Below, piece by piece: positions 39,626 through 49,319 of a stretch of DNA of 64,000 bases; the first letter of the stretch is position 1; the number at the start of each line of letters is the position of its first letter. The notes beneath the pieces are model-generated. The model made no database searches. It was not told the DNA's origin and saw only the letters and a program-made list of their open reading frames with translations. The stretch is taken from assembly GCA_050287085.1 (NCBI GenBank), contig JBNKBE010000010.1, positions 128,001 to 192,000 of the forward strand, read 5' to 3'. Source of the DNA: Polyangiaceae bacterium. GTDB taxonomy: Bacteria > Myxococcota_A > Polyangia > Polyangiales > Polyangiaceae. The position numbers were made by a program, and so were the translations under genes.

Positions 39626-40381
39626 CTAGTCATTCCCTTGATCGGAGGGGTCCGTCTGACTTAGGCGGGCTTCGACGAGTCGCCGTACCTCTGGCTCTGG
39701 ATCGTCGACGAGTCGGCGAATTGCGTCGAGTGGCGCAAGCGAGGCAGCCTCGAGGCGCACGGTCCAGTCGGTATCTTTCAGCAGAGGAGCTAGGTCCGCT
39801 CCTCTCAGTCGGGTGGCGACAACACGGCGCACTTCGGGTGCCTCGTCGTAGGTCATGAAAGGCAGGCTCACCAGGGGCAGCCGCGCTGCAACCACCTTGC
39901 GCACTTCTCGCTCCCGATCGTTCATGAGCGGAAAGAGGCGATCGGCGTGCATGCGACGTGCGGCGTAGACCCGCACCTGATAGTCAGGATCGTTGGCAAG
40001 CTCTCCGAGGGCATCGGCGGGCAAGCGATCGGCAACCGTAATGCGCACTTCGCGATCCGGATCCGTCTTGAGTAGGACGAGTTGCTCCAGTGGCAGGCGG
40101 TATGCAACGGCTCTGCGCACTGTTTCGTCCGGATCGGAAATGAGCTCGGGGAGCTGCTCGACCGGAAGGTATCGCGCGCTGATCGCTCTGCGTTCCCAGA
40201 AGGGGTCCTTTGTGTACTGCGAGGCACAAGCTGGATTGTTGCGAAAGAAGCGATCGATCTGTCGACCACTATTCACCTTTACACAGGCGTCGCCAGGGGC
40301 GCATCGGCCAACGTGTGCCAGCACTTGGTGGCAACAGCGTGAGCAGTCAGCGATTGGCGTGTGGCGCTCGGGCTGAGCCAT
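39626..40381 (-). CDS. lrv: 4Fe-4S leucine-rich-repeat variant (LRV) protein
   Basis: CSRC...C.PGDAC, RQIDRFF, repeated D(P)D..VR..VA.RL. Confidence 0.9.
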   Translation of the reverse strand: MAQPERHTPIADCSRCCHQVLAHVGRCAPGDACVKVNSGRQIDRFFRNNPACASQYTKDPFWERRAISARYLPVEQLPELISDPDETVRRAVAYRLPLEQLVLLKTDPDREVRITVADRLPADALGELANDPDYQVRVYAARRMHADRLFPLMNDREREVRKVVAARLPLVSLPFMTYDEAPEVRRVVATRLRGADLAPLLKDTDWTVRLEAASLAPLDAIRRLVDDPEPEVRRLVEARLSQTDPSDQGND

Positions 40382-40384
40382 GCA

Positions 40385-40789
40385 CTACTCCGGAACCAAG
40401 CGCAGCTCACTCTTGAGTGCGCTCTTGCGACCCCATACCTGTACCGCTTCGACGTGTAGCTGAGGGCGCATGGGATGGGTGCGAGTTACGAAGTACTCCG
40501 CGAAAACACTGCCGTCGCCACGAAGTAGGACACTACCCTGTTGTTCTCCGCTTCTATGCCAGGCGATTTCCAAGGCGAGTGAGCCATCAAACGGATCGCT
40601 TCGAAATGTCGCAGTTGTTGCGTCTTCGAACGGGGCTTTGGGAAGTTGCAGTCCGATGTGAGTGAGCTCGACTACTATGCGTTCTGAAACCGCGCCCGCG
40701 AGCTCACGTACCGCTTGCTCGGTGAGGGGAAAGGCAGCCGGAGCGCGCTCAGTGATTGTTGTGGGCATTGTCATCGACCTTGGCGTCAA
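40385..40789 (-). CDS. Nif-associated hypothetical protein
   Basis: DPFDG, DGSVFAEY, HP, VEAV..WG; tightly packed in the operon. Confidence 0.7.
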   Translation of the reverse strand: MTPRSMTMPTTITERAPAAFPLTEQAVRELAGAVSERIVVELTHIGLQLPKAPFEDATTATFRSDPFDGSLALEIAWHRSGEQQGSVLLRGDGSVFAEYFVTRTHPMRPQLHVEAVQVWGRKSALKSELRLVPE

Positions 40790-41127
40790 CGCTTGAGCAC
40801 GACGATCAGTTCTGCGACGGGGGTTCCCCGTGTCAGGTGCGAGTCGACGATGAGGTCGATATCATCTTTGCTCTTGGGTTGGTACCAAACCCCTTCCGGG
40901 TAGATCACCATCAGGGGCCCAGCGCTGCAGAAGCCCATACAGCCCGTTGTGTTGAGGGATACTCTCGGGTCCTGCATGCGCTCCAGTCGAACGGATAGGT
41001 GTTCCCAGAGCGGTCGCGCTCCGGCCGATCCGCAACTGCCTCGGGGGTGGTTCGGAGGGCGGTCTTGGCAACAGACAAGGCAATGATACTTGTAGACAAC
41101 CGGTAGTTCGAAACCGCTTACGTTCAT
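40786..41127 (-). CDS. Thioredoxin-like [2Fe-2S] ferredoxin (FeSI-like)
   Basis: C..DRPPNHPRGSC, TGCMGFCSAGP, IYPEGVWY. Confidence 0.88.
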   Translation of the reverse strand: MNVSGFELPVVYKYHCLVCCQDRPPNHPRGSCGSAGARPLWEHLSVRLERMQDPRVSLNTTGCMGFCSAGPLMVIYPEGVWYQPKSKDDIDLIVDSHLTRGTPVAELIVVLKR

Positions 41128-41876
41128 AGCGATGACTCCTGGCACACGGGGCTTGTGGCGATCGAATCGGAACCGGACACTACGAAGCATTCTTCGAAAC
41201 TCGAACACTCGTCGCAGGACGGCGCTCGGCAGACGTAGTCGCCGCCCAGTTCGCATAGTTGTCGGTAGAAGAAGCGCTTCCAACGCATGTCACGCGTGTT
41301 CTTTGCTACCAGCTGGGGAAAGCAAGCGGACAACAAGAGGCGCAGCTCTGCCCTGGAATTGAGGCCCAGATCCTTCCAGAGGTGTTGTCCTCCAAGGCAT
41401 GCATGAGCCACTATCCTGGCCACCAGGCGGGGCGCTTCATCTTCGGGTCCAAGCTCGGTGCTGAGCAACTTCACTAGCTGCGAGACTTCGTCTTGCCGCT
41501 GGGACGCGAGCAGCGCTCGCAGCGCCCCGCGTTCGTCGAATCGCTTGGCGCATTGCTGGTATGCGGGTATTCGGATGAGTTCGTTCATCAGCTCATCGAG
41601 TGTTGGTGCGCTGCCATACGCGAGAGCCAGCAAGTGATTGAGCGCGTCTCTGCCAAGGCCCAGGTAGCTCGGTAGCGCCGAGTCACCTGCCAGTGTGCTT
41701 GCCAGAATACCCGTCAGGATTCTCGACAGTGTGCCCTCCAGCGGGCGGGTCGCGCCCTGTTGCGGGGGGCTACGCTGTAGCCGCGCGGACACGTAGCGCC
41801 GTAGATCCACTGGTACGGAACGTCCCTCGCCTTGTTCGGGAAGGGTGGAGGTATACATGAACTCTGCACAGCTCAT
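41124..41876 (-). CDS. nifQ: Molybdenum donor NifQ
   Basis: HLWKDLGL..R, NTRDMRWKRFFYRQLC, CRAPSCDECSSFEECF. Confidence 0.93.
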   Translation of the reverse strand: MSCAEFMYTSTLPEQGEGRSVPVDLRRYVSARLQRSPPQQGATRPLEGTLSRILTGILASTLAGDSALPSYLGLGRDALNHLLALAYGSAPTLDELMNELIRIPAYQQCAKRFDERGALRALLASQRQDEVSQLVKLLSTELGPEDEAPRLVARIVAHACLGGQHLWKDLGLNSRAELRLLLSACFPQLVAKNTRDMRWKRFFYRQLCELGGDYVCRAPSCDECSSFEECFVVSGSDSIATSPVCQESSL

Positions 41877-41892
41877 AAGGGGCTTCGCGTGA

Positions 41893-42189
41893 CTAGGAGC
41901 TAGACGCGGCGGACCTGTCGGCCTCTTTGGCTCGGAGTTCTAGGGTGCGTTCAGCCGGAATGCCGGTGAGTGTTCCCAGTGGATTCAAGGGCTGACCGCT
42001 TGCGTCTAGAATTGCCTCCTCGACGGGACAGATGGTCGCGCATTGAGGCGTGTCGTAGTCTCCGGCGCATTCCGTGCACTTGCGGGAGTTCACTTTGAAG
42101 TGTGGTTTGCTCTCGTAGATGGCGTCATTCGGACAGACCATCATGCAGGCAAAGCAATTGACACATAGCTCTACGATCTTGACCGACAT
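41893..42189 (-). CDS. fdxN: 2[4Fe-4S] ferredoxin FdxN
   Basis: CVNCFACMMVCP and CTEC...PQCATICP, directly after nifB. Confidence 0.88.
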   Translation of the reverse strand: MSVKIVELCVNCFACMMVCPNDAIYESKPHFKVNSRKCTECAGDYDTPQCATICPVEEAILDASGQPLNPLGTLTGIPAERTLELRAKEADRSAASSS

Positions 42190-42199
42190 GAGACGCCTC

Positions 42200-43681
42200 C
42201 TATCCGGCAACCGTCAGGGCTTGTGGCGTGAGAGCCAGCTGCAACTTGGGGAGAAGTTCGCGGTAGACCGCGGCCACTGCCTCTTCAATGGGTTCCATAG
42301 CGTGGGCCCCATCCGGAACGATACCGGCCTCTTCGAGCTGCTCCCACGGACCGAAGCCGATTTTGGAGCACAGCACCGCCGCACATCCCTCCAGGGTGCG
42401 GATATTCCTCTCGAGAGCGTCTTCCGCCTCACCACAGGTGTCACCGCCACTGCAGTACAGATCGACCTTGCGATGGCTGATAAAACGAACCCCCTGAGGA
42501 GAAGCTTCATAGACCAGGAACTCTCGAGCATGACCGAAGTGCTCGTTCACGACGCCTCCTCCCTTGGTTGCGACGGCTATCAGAGCTGGCGGGGCGTAGA
42601 GCGCAGATAGCTTCTCTTGTTCTGGCCGGGCGGCCCTGGTCTTTGCCTCGAGCTCGACGGCGATGGCGTCATGGAGCTTCTTGCGTCTTACCATGGCGGC
42701 TTCGTAGTCGATATCCATCTCCGCTATCTTGTCCAACGTGAACTCGGCACCACGGTCCTCTCCGAGAAGACCCACCGCGTCAGCACGGCATTGGCGGCAG
42801 TGGCGCATCATGTTCATGTCTCCGGAACAGGCATCTTGAAGCGTCTGAAGCTCTTCCTGCGTGGGGCCACGTTGATGCATGACCCCGTAGTAGGTGCCAT
42901 GTTCTTCTTCGGCAATAAGTGGCATCACGTTGTGGAGGAACGCCCCTTTCTGCTTCACAACTCTACTTACTTCGGACAGGTGTTGGTCGTTGACCCCGGG
43001 TATCATTACGGAGTTGACCTTCACGAGGATGTTGCGTGCAACGAGCATCTCGAGTCCGCGTTGCTGTTGTTTGATAAGAATGTGCGCCCCCTTGCGTCCA
43101 CGGATCCGCTTGTTGTTCCAGTAGATCCAAGGATAGATCTTGGCACCGATCTCGGGATCGACGCAGTTGATCGTGATGGTGACATGATCGATGTTATGCT
43201 TTGCGATTTCATCGACGTATTGAGGGAGGTTCAGCCCGTTGGTGGACAAGCAGAGCTTGATATCCGGAGTCTGTGCCGTAAGACCGTTGAACGTCGCGAA
43301 CGTGCGTTCGGGGTTGGCGAGCGGATCTCCAGGTCCGGCTATTCCCAGAACCGTCATTTGGGGAATGGTCGCGGCTACCGCCTTCGTCTTCATCACGGCT
43401 TGTTCCGGCGTCAGTAGTTCCGAAACGACACCAGGCCGTGACTCGTTTGAGCAATCATACTTGCGGTTGCAGTAGTTGCATTGGATGTTGCATGCCGGTG
43501 CCACCGCGACGTGCATGCGCGCAAAATAGTGGTGCGCTTGCTCAGAGTAGCAGGGATGATTCTGTACCTTGGCGCGCACCTCGTCTGAGAGATGTGCCAG
43601 TTGGTCGCCAGAACTGCCGCAGGAGTTCGCGTCGCAGCCGGCACCGGCGGAAGGCGTGTCTTGTATCACCTCAAGGTCCAT
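42200..43681 (-). CDS. nifB: Radical SAM FeMo-co biosynthesis protein NifB with C-terminal NifX-like domain
   Basis: HPC, CNIQCNYC, ESRPG, AGPGDPL, CRQCRADA, NEHFGHA. Confidence 0.97.
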   Translation of the reverse strand: MDLEVIQDTPSAGAGCDANSCGSSGDQLAHLSDEVRAKVQNHPCYSEQAHHYFARMHVAVAPACNIQCNYCNRKYDCSNESRPGVVSELLTPEQAVMKTKAVAATIPQMTVLGIAGPGDPLANPERTFATFNGLTAQTPDIKLCLSTNGLNLPQYVDEIAKHNIDHVTITINCVDPEIGAKIYPWIYWNNKRIRGRKGAHILIKQQQRGLEMLVARNILVKVNSVMIPGVNDQHLSEVSRVVKQKGAFLHNVMPLIAEEEHGTYYGVMHQRGPTQEELQTLQDACSGDMNMMRHCRQCRADAVGLLGEDRGAEFTLDKIAEMDIDYEAAMVRRKKLHDAIAVELEAKTRAARPEQEKLSALYAPPALIAVATKGGGVVNEHFGHAREFLVYEASPQGVRFISHRKVDLYCSGGDTCGEAEDALERNIRTLEGCAAVLCSKIGFGPWEQLEEAGIVPDGAHAMEPIEEAVAAVYRELLPKLQLALTPQALTVAG

Positions 43682-43742
43682 ATTGTGCTCCCGATTGAGT
43701 CCGTGGTTGGAATGGGGGTTAGTCTAGCGGTGGAGCGGTCGC

Positions 43743-44030
43743 TCAGGCAGGCATCGGAGAGTGAGTGTGACAGTCGCGCGGACAGACCGCGTCGCAGGCC
43801 CGACATCCAATGCAGTCCAGGGGATCTTTCAGAGTCATCACTTTGAGCACGTCGTCGTCGTTGTCGTCGTCGTCGTCGTCGCAGGCTTCGCGCTCCATGA
43901 GTTCAAAGACGTCCCGCGGGCATACTTTGAAGCAGCGGCCACAACCGATACACTTGCTCTCGTCCAAGGCGGTTACGTATTGAGGTACCCACTCGTCGCC
44001 TCGGAGCGTACGGCCCACGATATTAGCCAT
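43743..44030 (-). CDS. fdxB: Nif-specific ferredoxin III
   Basis: W.PQYV, CIGCGRCFKVCPR, acidic loop, CIGCRAC..VCP. Confidence 0.9.
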   Translation of the reverse strand: MANIVGRTLRGDEWVPQYVTALDESKCIGCGRCFKVCPRDVFELMEREACDDDDDDNDDDVLKVMTLKDPLDCIGCRACDAVCPRDCHTHSPMPA

Positions 44031-44265
44031 CGGAACTCTCCTGCTCGGGGGTCGTGGGCAGGCTTCCAGCGGCTTCCAGCCTCTCGCTACACACGCGCCA
44101 ATGCTCGCAGGCATCAAAGGTGGACTGCGATAGCTCTGGTAGCTCCTGATAGGCCGCCGGAAGACGGTCTTCGGCCAGGTCGTGAAGCTTCGAGGCCCAT
44201 TCGGTGGCGATACGCTTGCTACGGCGAACCTCTTTTTGCAATGCCTTGAGTTCCTCCGGCGTCAT
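44023..44265 (-). CDS. CCE_0567 / Rop-like nif-associated protein
   Basis: LHDLAEDRLP motif. Confidence 0.85.
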   Translation of the reverse strand: MTPEELKALQKEVRRSKRIATEWASKLHDLAEDRLPAAYQELPELSQSTFDACEHWRVCSERLEAAGSLPTTPEQESSDG

Positions 44266-44269
44266 GGCA

Positions 44270-44740
44270 CTACGCTCCGGCGACTTCAGGATGGTCTTCG
44301 ATGGCCTTTAGCGCCTGTTCGACGAGTCTGTCGCCCTGGGCTTCCATCTTGGCGAGGGATGGAAAGCCAAAGCGATGGACGTCACGGAGGGTGCGGTCGA
44401 GGACCACCAGCTTTCCGGTCGTTATCAGTGCCCGTCCAAACCCCTCGTGACTGAGATGGATCAGCGGAACGCTGAGCAGACGAGTTTGCGTCTCGATTCG
44501 CACCGCGATCGCATTGTAGAACGCGCGAACTCTCGACACAGTGACCTCGTCCGGATCGCCTACCAAAGGGATCTCTGCTTTTCGCTCCTTGGTCAAAATC
44601 ATGGGATCAAGAATCTTGTCGTCGCTCCAGCTGTCGTACTGACCATAGGAGTCGAGAGCTCTGAGTTGACGTACGAGCTCCTTCGAGAACGGGCCTAGAC
44701 TCGACTGAGACGAGGGCGCTACTGCTTGTACTGCTTCCAC
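44270..44740 (-). CDS. NifX-associated protein (DUF269)
   Basis: RALDSYG, IPLVGDPD, FYNAIA, HEGFGR, LRDVHRFGF. Confidence 0.9.
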   Translation of the reverse strand: MEAVQAVAPSSQSSLGPFSKELVRQLRALDSYGQYDSWSDDKILDPMILTKERKAEIPLVGDPDEVTVSRVRAFYNAIAVRIETQTRLLSVPLIHLSHEGFGRALITTGKLVVLDRTLRDVHRFGFPSLAKMEAQGDRLVEQALKAIEDHPEVAGA

Positions 44741-44744
44741 GAAA

Positions 44745-45218
44745 CTAGTCCTTCTGTTGACGAAGTGGGTTGCGTTTGGAGAATCGCGCTGTGAGGCTCT
44801 CGAGCCGCGGGTTGCGACCACGCCAGTTGGCGATGCTGTCGTTCAATTCGCTCTGCAGCACTGGGAGCAAAGACTTGATCTCGGTGCCGCTGACTGTTCT
44901 TAGAGGAAGCACGCCCCGTGCCAGTAGTCTGCGGCTAGCCGAAGAGCCGATAGCTGCCGCATAAACCAGGTCACATTGGCCGAGCCACTCCAAGCGCCCA
45001 GCCAGCCTGTGTTCGTGACCGCTCCCTTCGCTTGTCGCGAAGTCGCCAATTGTGATGGGGGCAGCTGTAGAGTTGTCAACGAGATAGACCAGATATGTGG
45101 AGGCTGCGCCGAGATGTTGGTCCACCGTGACGCCATCCGAGGTGGCGAAAGCCGCGCGAACACCGTCTGCCGTCGGCTGAAGTCCGCTGAGAATGTCTAG
45201 TTGACGCAGCAGAGGCAT
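44745..45218 (-). CDS. nifX: NifX at canonical position (divergent)
   Basis: Follows nifN; AFATSD..VDQHLG, C..VY..AIG. Confidence 0.8.
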   Translation of the reverse strand: MPLLRQLDILSGLQPTADGVRAAFATSDGVTVDQHLGAASTYLVYLVDNSTAAPITIGDFATSEGSGHEHRLAGRLEWLGQCDLVYAAAIGSSASRRLLARGVLPLRTVSGTEIKSLLPVLQSELNDSIANWRGRNPRLESLTARFSKRNPLRQQKD

Positions 45219-45227
45219 GGCGTCGGA

Positions 45228-46601
45228 CTATTGTGCAGCGACCGAGGTTGAGTTCTTTGATGGCGACAGCTGGGACTGATAGGCGGGTATCTCGTCAAGC
45301 TGTAGGTGATGGACGGTGTTGGCCAGGTTGAAGAGCACATCCCGCACTCCACGATACCCAACCCAGCGGCGAGCGTAGCCGCCGATCGTGTCGTATTGGG
45401 GAAAGCCGGCGCGAAGTAGCGGGACATGGAGGCGCTCTGCGGTCTCGGCGGCGTGGGAATTGCCGAGCAAGAGCTGCACACCAGCGGCCGCTGCTTCAGT
45501 CTCCAGATCTTCTAGATCGCCCACTGTTACGTGGGGTACGAGCATGCGATCAAGGGCCGGTCCACGGCTCGGAGCGACCGTTGCTACCGCTTCGCAGCCG
45601 ACGCTTTGCACCAAGCTGCTCAATGCGAGCAGCAAGTCTGGGTCTCCGGCGAGCCCGAGTCGGCGTTGTCCCAGAAAGAAGTGGGTGTCCAGCATCGCAT
45701 CCGTCAATTGCCGACGCTGGCGGAGAACGCGGGAACTTGGCTGCTTCCGACCACTGGTCTCCAGGAGAGCCGAGACGAAGGCGTCGACTGCTGACAAAGA
45801 ATGAAGATGATCCAGGAAGTGGGTTCGCACACCGGTTTGCTGTTGTAGCCACGCTCCGCACTTATGCATGGACGGTCCCAGGGCGAGGGTTGCTGCCGCG
45901 GCTCCCAGAGCGGATACTTCGGACACTGGGGTGCCGCCAACGGTGACTGAACTAAAATCGATGTTTGTCAACTCCCCGCCGAGGGACTCTGCCAAGTTGG
46001 GAACGGTTCGACACTTCAGTCCGAACTCTGCGACCAGAGCTTCAATCTCTTCCAAGTCGCCCGGGGTGAACATGGAGGACGGAAGTATGTTCACAGTATC
46101 CAGCCCCTGTCCCAGACATGGTGCTGGAGCCATGGTCTTTAGCAGTTCGAGGACTGCGGCGGCGTAGCCCGTTTCAAGACAACCAGCGAAGTCAGGAGCG
46201 CTGACGGCTACAACCCGTGTACCCCGCAGTTCGGGGTGCAAGGCGTAGAATCGCTTCACAGCGCCTCGCAGATCACACCCCTGCGTTTCCGCTAGCCCAG
46301 TCGAAATTACGCCTACGACCTCCGGTTTGGCCTTGCCGCAGATCGCTACCAGCGCTTCTACTATGCTCTCGTCGGCCCCCATGACGGAGCTGACTTGATC
46401 CATCGCCGTGGTCTGCAGTGGAATCGGCTCGCGAAAGTGCCGGACAAGAAAGACTTTGGCGAACGCGGTGCATCCCTGTGCTCCGTGCATGAGCGGCATC
46501 GCACCTTGAAGACCGAGAAATGCCAGACTGGCTCCGACGGGCTGACTGACCTTGAGGGGGCTGACGCTTAGCGCCTTCTTCCGTTGGCGTAGGGCTACCA
46601 T
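45228..46601 (-). CDS. nifN: FeMo-co scaffold subunit NifN
   Basis: PLKVSQP.GA, HGAQGC, HFREPIPLQTTA, DAMLDTHF; TGATG overlap with nifE. Confidence 0.96.
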   Translation of the reverse strand: MVALRQRKKALSVSPLKVSQPVGASLAFLGLQGAMPLMHGAQGCTAFAKVFLVRHFREPIPLQTTAMDQVSSVMGADESIVEALVAICGKAKPEVVGVISTGLAETQGCDLRGAVKRFYALHPELRGTRVVAVSAPDFAGCLETGYAAAVLELLKTMAPAPCLGQGLDTVNILPSSMFTPGDLEEIEALVAEFGLKCRTVPNLAESLGGELTNIDFSSVTVGGTPVSEVSALGAAAATLALGPSMHKCGAWLQQQTGVRTHFLDHLHSLSAVDAFVSALLETSGRKQPSSRVLRQRRQLTDAMLDTHFFLGQRRLGLAGDPDLLLALSSLVQSVGCEAVATVAPSRGPALDRMLVPHVTVGDLEDLETEAAAAGVQLLLGNSHAAETAERLHVPLLRAGFPQYDTIGGYARRWVGYRGVRDVLFNLANTVHHLQLDEIPAYQSQLSPSKNSTSVAAQ

Positions 46602-48037
46602 CAGACCACCGCCGCTAGGGGAGAACACTCGAGCTTGGCTCTTGCGGTGACGTGTTGCGGACATGACTCCCAGGGAGCAGCAGCGCGTACCGCCTCCCAT
46701 ATGGGGCTTTGCAACGATAGCGTCAGCTGGCGCACCAGTTGCAGCATGCCAGCGTAGCCAGCGTAGGCAAAGTCGCGCTCCTGATTGATGTCTAGGAATG
46801 GGACCTTGGCTTTCAAAGCTGTATACATGTTGCGTCCGCCCGCGATCAGAATGTCGGCGCGGAGTTCCGCAACCGTATCAAGCAGAACTCGCGGATTGCC
46901 GTCATCGAGCATCTTTGTGTTTTGCCCCATCAGTTCGCGAATGCGCGCCTTGTCCTCTTCGGTGGACTTCTTGGTGCCGGTGGCCACGACAATCATTCCT
47001 AGGTCTTGGAGGGCACTTACTACCGACCACGACTTGACACCACCGGTGTACAGTAGCACACGTTTACCAGCCACGAGAGGCTTCAGCCGGGTGAGCTCAG
47101 CGCGTACCCTTGATTCTTCCCGCGCTATCAGGCGTTCCGTGCGTTGTTGCAGCTCAGGATCGCCGATAAGCTTGGAGATGCCGCGCAGGGCCGCAGAGGT
47201 GTCCTCGATGCCGTAGAAGCTGCCTTCAAACCAAGGCGTGCCGTACTTTGCTTCGAGTGAGCGGGCAACGTTGAGCATCGCCTTGGAGCAGACCATCATG
47301 TTGACGCGCGCTCGATGCATGGTCTGAACTTCGCCAAATCGCGCGTCACCCGACAGGGTGCAAAGAATTCTTATGCCGAGCTCGTCAAATAGCGGAAGTA
47401 CGCTCCAGAATTCGCCTGCGATGTTGTACTCGCCAATGAGATTGATGTCGTAGACGGGAAAAGGCAGGTTAGCTGGTGGAGGCGGCGGTTCGCGCGTGCC
47501 GATGACGTACTTGACCATGGCTTCGCCCGCGATGCGGTTGCCTAGGTTCTTGGTGCCGTAGAAGCCCGCGGCGTCGATCGGAACTGTGGGAACCCCCCAC
47601 TGCTCTCTGGCAAGCTTGCAAACGGCCTCGATATCATCGCCAATGAGCGCAGGCACGCATGTGTTGTAGACAAAGACCGCGGCGGGCGAGTGTTCAAGGA
47701 TCGCTTGCTTGATGGCGTGAAGCAGTCGTTTCTCACCACGACCCATGACCACATCTTGCTCCGACAGGTCCGTTGTCATGCCCAGTCGATACAATGCAGG
47801 GCCTGATGAGCGCGTACCGCGGTTGTCCCATGAGCTGCCGGCGCAGGCGATAGGACCATGTACGATATGCGCAACATCGGCAATGGGGAGCAAGGCTATT
47901 TGCGCACCATCGAATGCACAGCCGCCTGCGGCCGACCCGGGCTTGGGTTTTGCGCAGCCGGACTTGGACTTCTTATTGTGTGCGCACGAGGGTTCGTCGA
48001 GCAGAGCCGTCAGCTCTGATTGCTTCTTCAACGCCAT
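46601..48037 (-). CDS. nifE: FeMo-co scaffold subunit NifE
   Basis: [39 protein letters not shown]. Confidence 0.97.
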   Translation of the reverse strand: MALKKQSELTALLDEPSCAHNKKSKSGCAKPKPGSAAGGCAFDGAQIALLPIADVAHIVHGPIACAGSSWDNRGTRSSGPALYRLGMTTDLSEQDVVMGRGEKRLLHAIKQAILEHSPAAVFVYNTCVPALIGDDIEAVCKLAREQWGVPTVPIDAAGFYGTKNLGNRIAGEAMVKYVIGTREPPPPPANLPFPVYDINLIGEYNIAGEFWSVLPLFDELGIRILCTLSGDARFGEVQTMHRARVNMMVCSKAMLNVARSLEAKYGTPWFEGSFYGIEDTSAALRGISKLIGDPELQQRTERLIAREESRVRAELTRLKPLVAGKRVLLYTGGVKSWSVVSALQDLGMIVVATGTKKSTEEDKARIRELMGQNTKMLDDGNPRVLLDTVAELRADILIAGGRNMYTALKAKVPFLDINQERDFAYAGYAGMLQLVRQLTLSLQSPIWEAVRAAAPWESCPQHVTARAKLECSPLAAVV

Positions 48038-48078
48038 ACTGAGCTCCTTCAGACAGCGCGACCTGCGGCCGCTTGTGT

Positions 48079-48333
48079 CTAGAGCTCTGCAAGAACCAGT
48101 CCCACGGCATTCTCGAGCTCCGATGTCAGACTCAGGCAGTGACCGCTGCTGGTGAGAAGATGAATCTGGAAGTCCGTCCCCTCTCGATAGGGTGTATGGG
48201 TCTCGACGTCGTCAGCACTGCAGGTTGTCAAGCGGATTGAGGGATGAAGGCGCCGCAGTTCCGATAGCGTTTCCGGTCGAACGCCGTCGAGTTCAAGACG
48301 CTCTACAATGGCTTTAAGTTCAGACTGTTGCAT
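48079..48333 (-). CDS. Small nif-associated protein (DUF6129-like)
   Basis: TTCSADD, GHCLSLT...A.GLVLA; position between nifY and nifE. Confidence 0.75.
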   Translation of the reverse strand: MQQSELKAIVERLELDGVRPETLSELRRLHPSIRLTTCSADDVETHTPYREGTDFQIHLLTSSGHCLSLTSELENAVGLVLAEL

Positions 48334-49022
48334 GGGTACGTTTCCCCTTGAGGTCGTAGTTGCATCGCCTTGGTCAACCACGGGGCGGGTGAGTTCTTCA
48401 TGACGTGTTGCAGGCGTTTGAGCACTGCGGAGCAAGGAATGGGCTGGACCATCTTCACTGGATAGATCCCGAGTCGAACGAGTGACGCGATCGCTGCACC
48501 CCCGACCGACAACGTGTAGACAACCCGACAATCTTCTACGAGCTTGAGGCGTTGACTCAGGGAATCACGTCGAGTGAGACTACGTGGCGCTTCACGAACG
48601 GCGACCAGCGCAGAGTCCGAGATGGCTACGTCGTAGATCAGCATTCGGCGACAGCGAAGCAGGCTGCCGTCGAGCCAGTGCCCTTCGTGGGACGCAAAAC
48701 CGACTCGGAGTACTCCTGTTGCCGGGGCTATCCACGTTGCATCGGGGCGGGGCGTTTGCGTGGCCTTGTAGGGTGGCAGCCCTCGTCCGTGCAGGCGGGC
48801 GACGGCGCGCCCGGCGCGGCTACGTGAACACCGCCCTCCGAAGGCCCGTGCGACGCCGCGCTCCCCGAGTTGGGAAAGGCTTTCGACTGTGAGCTGCCCA
48901 CCCGTCAGGGTGAGCAGTACCTGAACTAGCTCGCGGAGCGGGACCTCGGGGAGCTCACGGCTGGCGGCGGCGACCCGCAGGGCGACATCGCGTGTCATCG
49001 TTGGCGGCGAAAGACTGCACAT
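48303..49022 (-). CDS. nifY: NifY/NafY-family protein (divergent)
   Basis: Follows nifT; RDVALRV.AA, DC.VVY..SVGG, GIYPVK, PAPWL.KAM. Confidence 0.8.
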   Translation of the reverse strand: MCSLSPPTMTRDVALRVAAASRELPEVPLRELVQVLLTLTGGQLTVESLSQLGERGVARAFGGRCSRSRAGRAVARLHGRGLPPYKATQTPRPDATWIAPATGVLRVGFASHEGHWLDGSLLRCRRMLIYDVAISDSALVAVREAPRSLTRRDSLSQRLKLVEDCRVVYTLSVGGAAIASLVRLGIYPVKMVQPIPCSAVLKRLQHVMKNSPAPWLTKAMQLRPQGETYPCNSLNLKPL

Positions 49023-49046
49023 GATGTCATACACCTCTCGTGAAGA

Positions 49047-49072
49047 GGCCGGAGAGCGCAGACTCTCCGGCC
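49047..49072 (-). terminator. Stem-loop after nifT (leaky terminator or mRNA stabiliser)
   Basis: GGCCGGAGAG / CTCTCCGGCC 10-bp stem, 6-nt loop, weak U tract. Confidence 0.6.
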
Positions 49073-49077
49073 GCCAT

Positions 49078-49302
49078 TCACTGCGAGAGCGATCGTTTGG
49101 TGGCCCGAACCGTGGTTGGTAGCGAAGGCTTCCCCGGGCGTGGCTCAAGGTAGTAGATAGATCCGTCTCCGAGAGTTAGTTCGCCACCCCATTTGTCGAC
49201 CTCGTCGTGTTCTACCTTGACGACAATCTCCTCGAGATCCTTCTTTGCAAGATAGAAGACCAGTTGGCCAGCAGCGTCTTCTCGCAACATTACATTGGCC
49301 AT
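49078..49302 (-). CDS. nifT: NifT/FixU
   Basis: Y.AKKDLEE, WGG, LPTTVRA. Confidence 0.93.
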   Translation of the reverse strand: MANVMLREDAAGQLVFYLAKKDLEEIVVKVEHDEVDKWGGELTLGDGSIYYLEPRPGKPSLPTTVRATKRSLSQ

Positions 49303-49319
49303 CGCGATGATACCAATCG

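Noticed and set aside
39626..40200. Periodic DNA similarity
   Set aside because: Explained by the LRV protein repeats; not CRISPR
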